Source: Nannocystis sp. RBIL2 (GTDB lineage Bacteria > Myxococcota_A > Polyangia > Nannocystales > Nannocystaceae). From it: a stretch of 64,000 nucleotides of DNA. The notes beneath the pieces were generated by a model. That model saw nothing but the letters and a program-made list of their open reading frames with translations, was not told the origin of the DNA and did no database searches. Shown here in pieces: positions 60,490-64,000 of this stretch. Location: NCBI RefSeq assembly GCF_026626745.1, contig NZ_JAPNJW010000001.1, forward strand, positions 716,311 to 780,310, written 5' to 3'. Positions within the stretch are counted from its first letter, which is position 1, and each line of letters opens with the position of its first letter. The position numbers and the translations under genes were made by a program.

Positions 60490-61488
60490 ATGCGGAGCTT
60501 CCGGTGGTGCACGAGCGTGGCGCTGGTGACGGCTTGCGGAGGCGCGCCCGCGCCGGCAGAGACCGAGGGAGCGACGGCGGCCACGAGCAGCACGACCGAC
60601 GACGCCACCACGGCGACCGCGGACGGCCCGACCTCGACCGCCACCACCACCGGGGACGGCACCACGACCACGACCTCCGGGACCACCGCGGCGCCCACCA
60701 CCGGCGAGCCCACCACGGCCGATACCGCCGACCCCACGAGCACGAGCACCGGCGAGCCGCTGGGCCCGTGCGACGGCCCCCGCCCCGGCCCCGACAACAC
60801 GGGGGTGCCCCAAGGTGTGCGCCTCGTGCCGAGCGGCTCCATCACCGTCGACGAGGACGGCGCAGTGGTCGAGGGCCTCGACATCGACGGCACGATCACC
60901 GTGCTGGCCGACGACGTCACGATCCGCCACGTACGGATCCGCACCGACGACTACTACCCGATCCGCTACTTCGACGAGGACAACGTCGGCCTCGTGGTCG
61001 AGGACAGCGAGATCGAGGGCCTGTCCGGCAACGCGACCGCGGCGATCTCGTTCGCCAACTACACCGCGCGCCGGCTGAACATCCACGGCACTGCCGACGG
61101 CTTCAAGGCCGACAGCGACGTCCTGATCGAGGACTGCTGGGTCCACGACCTGTCCAACGGGCCAGACGAGCACAACGACGGTGTGCAGTCGACCGGCGGC
61201 GCCGGCGTCACCCTGCGCCACAACGACATCTCCGGGGCCAGCAACGCCGCAGTGCAGACCGGCGACCTCAATGGCGCCACCATCGACCTCACTCTGGAGT
61301 GCAACTGGTTCGACGGCGGCGGCTGGACCCTCAACATCCGCGGCACCGGCGAGACCGTGCCGATGGGCACCAAGATCCTGCACAACCGCTTCGGCCGCGG
61401 CCACGGCTACGGCCCGTGGACCCTCGACGACCCGGACCCGATCATCGAGGGCAACGTCTACGACGACGACGACTCGCCGATCCCGTGA
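60490..61488 (+). CDS. secreted lipoprotein with right-handed beta-helix-like repeat domain
   Basis: Lipobox (VALVTACGG), Thr-rich linker, and repeated (V/I)xDxxIxG beta-helix rungs. Confidence 0.5.
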   Translation: MRSFRWCTSVALVTACGGAPAPAETEGATAATSSTTDDATTATADGPTSTATTTGDGTTTTTSGTTAAPTTGEPTTADTADPTSTSTGEPLGPCDGPRPGPDNTGVPQGVRLVPSGSITVDEDGAVVEGLDIDGTITVLADDVTIRHVRIRTDDYYPIRYFDEDNVGLVVEDSEIEGLSGNATAAISFANYTARRLNIHGTADGFKADSDVLIEDCWVHDLSNGPDEHNDGVQSTGGAGVTLRHNDISGASNAAVQTGDLNGATIDLTLECNWFDGGGWTLNIRGTGETVPMGTKILHNRFGRGHGYGPWTLDDPDPIIEGNVYDDDDSPIP

Positions 61489-61714
61489 ATCGCCGGCTGT
61501 GCATAGTTCGGCGCTGCATCCATGCAGCATGTCTGCCGCCGACTGTGAACATTCGATGGAACATACCCGGCGAGCACGGACGACGTGGCCGGCCTCGCGG
61601 CTCAGGCCCCCGGCCGCCCGGCCGCCCGGCCGCCCGCCGGAATGCGCCTTGCGCCAGCCTTGCGCCGCCTCTACCCTGGCAGAGGTAGCGGTAATATCGC
61701 TGAGAGCGTCGATC

Positions 61715-63916
61715 ATGGCGACATTTCTTCCGTTGATGCGTCCCCGTCCTGCTCCGGCCCGTGCTGCGAATCGTGACCGCGGCGGCGAACGACCGCGGCC
61801 GCAGCGAGGCTCGCCCGCCCCGCTGTTCGCCCCCGGCGTACGTTCGCCCCTCGAAGCCGAAGCGGATCGAATCGCCGCTCGCGTCGCCGCGGAGCCCGCA
61901 CCGCTCGCGCGAGCGAACACCGATGCATCTTTCGCGGCACCCGCGAGAGCGTCGGTCGCGGCCGCTGCGCCCGCCGCCGACCTCGCGCCGCGACTGTCCC
62001 CCCTGGCCGCGTCGCCGGCACGCGCCGCGCACCGGCCGACGGCGCTGCCCGATCCGCCGTCCGGGTTCACCGCTCAGCTCCGTCAGGTCCCGGGGCGCCC
62101 GCTGGAGCCGGCGCTCCTCCGCCGGATGGAGGCGCAGTTCTCCGCCGATTTCTCGGGCGTTCGAATCCACGACGGATCACGCGCTCACCATCTGGCCGAC
62201 CAGCTCGGCGCACGGGCGTTCACGCGCGGCGCGGACATCTTTTTCAACCGCGGTCAGTTTCGGCCCGCCGATCCGTCAGGCACGCGATTGATCGCGCACG
62301 AACTGACGCACACCATTCAGCAAGGCCGCTCGCCGGCCGCGATCGCCCCCCGCCCCGACGCGCCGCTCCCACGATTCGGGCCCCCCGCTCCCGTGCGGCC
62401 TTTCATTCAGCGCGACCCACTCGCGCTTTCGGGCAGCCTCTCCGACGAGCTCAAGCGCGCCAGCAACCTCACCCCGCCGATCGTCGCCGGTGACTTCGTC
62501 AGCTTCGCCGTGCCGGTCGCGGGGAATCAGAAGATCGCGCTCCAGTTCGCCGAGAAGGGCACCCTCCTGCGCTTCAAGTCGACGCGAGATCCGGCGCCGC
62601 CGCTCGAGACGCCGATCCCGCTGGTACCGGACTTTCAGCCGGCCGTCGTCCGCCGCGACGACGGGCTCCTCGTCATTCGCTTGAACCCGGCCGGCGCCGA
62701 GGTCCAGGTGCAATACGCAGCAGGGTCCACGATCGTCAGCACCGACGCGATCGACCCCGAGCGGCCGTTCGGAGCGGTGCAAATGGGCCGTGAATTCTCC
62801 CGACCGTACCTCGGAGCGAAGATCACGCATCCCGGCGGGACGGAGAATTATTTCTTCGAGGACACGAGCCTGCCGGCCGAGGCGATCGCCAAGCCCACCT
62901 GGCAGCCCTTCATCCGCCAGGGGAAGATCGCCTATCGCGCCGCCTCCGGCCCCTACGCAGGCCGCGTCGTCGAGGTCGATGAATCGGATCGCAGCGCGGC
63001 AAAAAGCTTCGCGGGCGGCGCAGAGTCGGCCGCCAAATTCTCCGCCGAGCTGGCGCTCGGGGCCATCCCCTACGTCGGCCCGTTGCTGCTCGTGGGCCAG
63101 GCCGCGGCGGGCCGGACGCTCTGGGGCGAGCGCCTGTCCCCCGCGGGACGCGTCGTGCTCGGCCTGTTCGCTCTCCTGGGTCCGGCGTTGCGGCTGGCCA
63201 AGGCGACGCCCGAGGCCGAGCTGCAGCTGGCACGGCAGGAGGCGGCTGCCCGTGGGATCTCCGAACGCGAGGCGCTGCGGCTGCTCCGCGGGATGCGGGC
63301 GCTATCCGAGGAGCAGAGGGCCTTCATCCGCGAGGCCGAGGCCCGGATCCGGGGCGGTCAGGCGCTCACGGCCGCCGAGGCGTCCCAGCTCGCGCGACTC
63401 ATGAATCAGATGGGCGCAAAGACCGACCTCATCTTCAGCGCGGCGAACGACATCGAGCTCATCTGGCAGTCCCGACGGTATTGGGGCAAGACGGAGGGCT
63501 CGGCCTACGGCGCGCGCATCCCGGTGACGACCGCGCTCGAGCGCTTCAAGGCGATGATCGACGAGAAGCAGGGCATGCTGGTGTTTCAGGGCGACGCCGC
63601 CAAGCTGTTCCACGCCCACGAGGTCGAGGGCGGCTACAGCGCCATGAAGCGCCTCCTCGGCCAGCACAAGGCGGGCTTCGGCGACCTCATCCTCGACGAC
63701 GTCGTCAAGGAGGGCAACACTCTCATCGTCACCCGCGCACACCTGGCCACGGCCGCCGAGAAGCTGCACGCGGGCCAGACCACCTCGTGGGCGGCGACGA
63801 AGCTGTGGGGCCGCCGCTTGGTCCTCGACCCCCTGTTCGCCGCGGCCGGTGTCGGCGGCGCCTCCGTCGCCGTCTATTTCTTGTACTCTTTCCTCCGCGA
63901 GGCGAACGAAGAATGA
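61715..63916 (+). CDS. DUF4157 (zincin-like HExxH) domain protein with about 550-aa C-terminal extension
   Basis: DUF4157 hallmark ...DFSGVRIHDGSRAHHLADQLGARAFTRGADIFF...LIAHELTHTIQQ; large C-terminal region of unknown function with a hydrophobic C-terminal end. Confidence 0.65.
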   Translation: MATFLPLMRPRPAPARAANRDRGGERPRPQRGSPAPLFAPGVRSPLEAEADRIAARVAAEPAPLARANTDASFAAPARASVAAAAPAADLAPRLSPLAASPARAAHRPTALPDPPSGFTAQLRQVPGRPLEPALLRRMEAQFSADFSGVRIHDGSRAHHLADQLGARAFTRGADIFFNRGQFRPADPSGTRLIAHELTHTIQQGRSPAAIAPRPDAPLPRFGPPAPVRPFIQRDPLALSGSLSDELKRASNLTPPIVAGDFVSFAVPVAGNQKIALQFAEKGTLLRFKSTRDPAPPLETPIPLVPDFQPAVVRRDDGLLVIRLNPAGAEVQVQYAAGSTIVSTDAIDPERPFGAVQMGREFSRPYLGAKITHPGGTENYFFEDTSLPAEAIAKPTWQPFIRQGKIAYRAASGPYAGRVVEVDESDRSAAKSFAGGAESAAKFSAELALGAIPYVGPLLLVGQAAAGRTLWGERLSPAGRVVLGLFALLGPALRLAKATPEAELQLARQEAAARGISEREALRLLRGMRALSEEQRAFIREAEARIRGGQALTAAEASQLARLMNQMGAKTDLIFSAANDIELIWQSRRYWGKTEGSAYGARIPVTTALERFKAMIDEKQGMLVFQGDAAKLFHAHEVEGGYSAMKRLLGQHKAGFGDLILDDVVKEGNTLIVTRAHLATAAEKLHAGQTTSWAATKLWGRRLVLDPLFAAAGVGGASVAVYFLYSFLREANEE

Positions 63917-64000
63917 CGGCAGATAACGACCGCTGGATCGACGCGCTCGACTACCACGTCCTGTTCCTCTTCTTCATACTCGTCCCGATCGCCTTTTGGG
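63913..64000 (+). CDS. partial gene (5' end only) for a hydrophobic protein
   Basis: Its ATG overlaps the preceding stop (ATGA). It reads MTADNDRWIDALDYHVLFLFFILVPIAFW and is truncated by the window end. Confidence 0.3.
   Translation, partial: MTADNDRWIDALDYHVLFLFFILVPIAFW

Noticed and set aside
58762-62070. 1102-aa minus-strand ORF
   Set aside because: It is antisense to four plus-strand genes with recognisable domains (ADYC, beta-helix, DUF4157) and its composition is low-complexity.

Overview
This is a roughly 70% GC, gene-dense chromosomal segment with the character of a myxobacterial (Myxococcales-type) genome. Supporting that: several Hanks-type Ser/Thr kinases with TPR or PEGA domains, lipoproteins carrying myxococcal cysteine-rich repeats, a MYXO-CTERM-like sorting tail, an ADYC-domain protein, a sigma-54 activator with a GAF domain, and futalosine-pathway mqn genes. 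I can support about 50 CDS and found no rRNA, tRNA, CRISPR array, transposase or integrase. Housekeeping genes include glyA, pepA, ung, a Maf-like protein, YggS, an RluE-like pseudouridine synthase, an MtaB-like methylthiotransferase, a YgiQ radical SAM protein, an acyl-CoA dehydrogenase and mqnB/mqnD. Three metabolic modules stand out. The first (4.6-9.1 kb) is a compact aryl-polyene-like type II FAS/PKS cassette: ketosynthase, chain-length-factor-like protein, hotdog dehydratase, FabG reductase and an FAD oxidoreductase. The second (13.3-16.4 kb) is a three-subunit FAD/2Fe-2S flavoenzyme resembling HcnABC, opine oxidase or sarcosine oxidase. The third (47.3-58.5 kb) is an 11-gene plus-strand lipid operon whose domain inventory resembles a disaggregated version of the multidomain ElbD ether-lipid enzyme of Myxococcus xanthus. 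It encodes two acyl-thioester/fatty-acyl reductases, two AMP-dependent ligases, an ACP, an enoyl-CoA hydratase, a pyruvyl transferase, a DAG-kinase-like lipid kinase, a PlsC acyltransferase and a HAD hydrolase. The observation I consider most interesting is at the DNA level rather than in any gene. A family of short palindromic repeats is built from GACA half-sites: a GGACATGTCC (CATG-core) type that forms tandem 13-15-bp arrays, and a related 24-bp CGACCTGTCyCTyCGGACATCyCG type. At least 14 loci carry them. They fill convergent intergenic regions, sit between operon partners and, in at least three cases, lie in frame inside coding sequences. One copy at a KS/CLF gene junction is flanked by 23-bp direct repeats, a signature compatible with transposition. 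A few coordinates I derived by hand disagreed by one base with the ORF track, so all hand-derived coordinates should be read as +/-2 nt.
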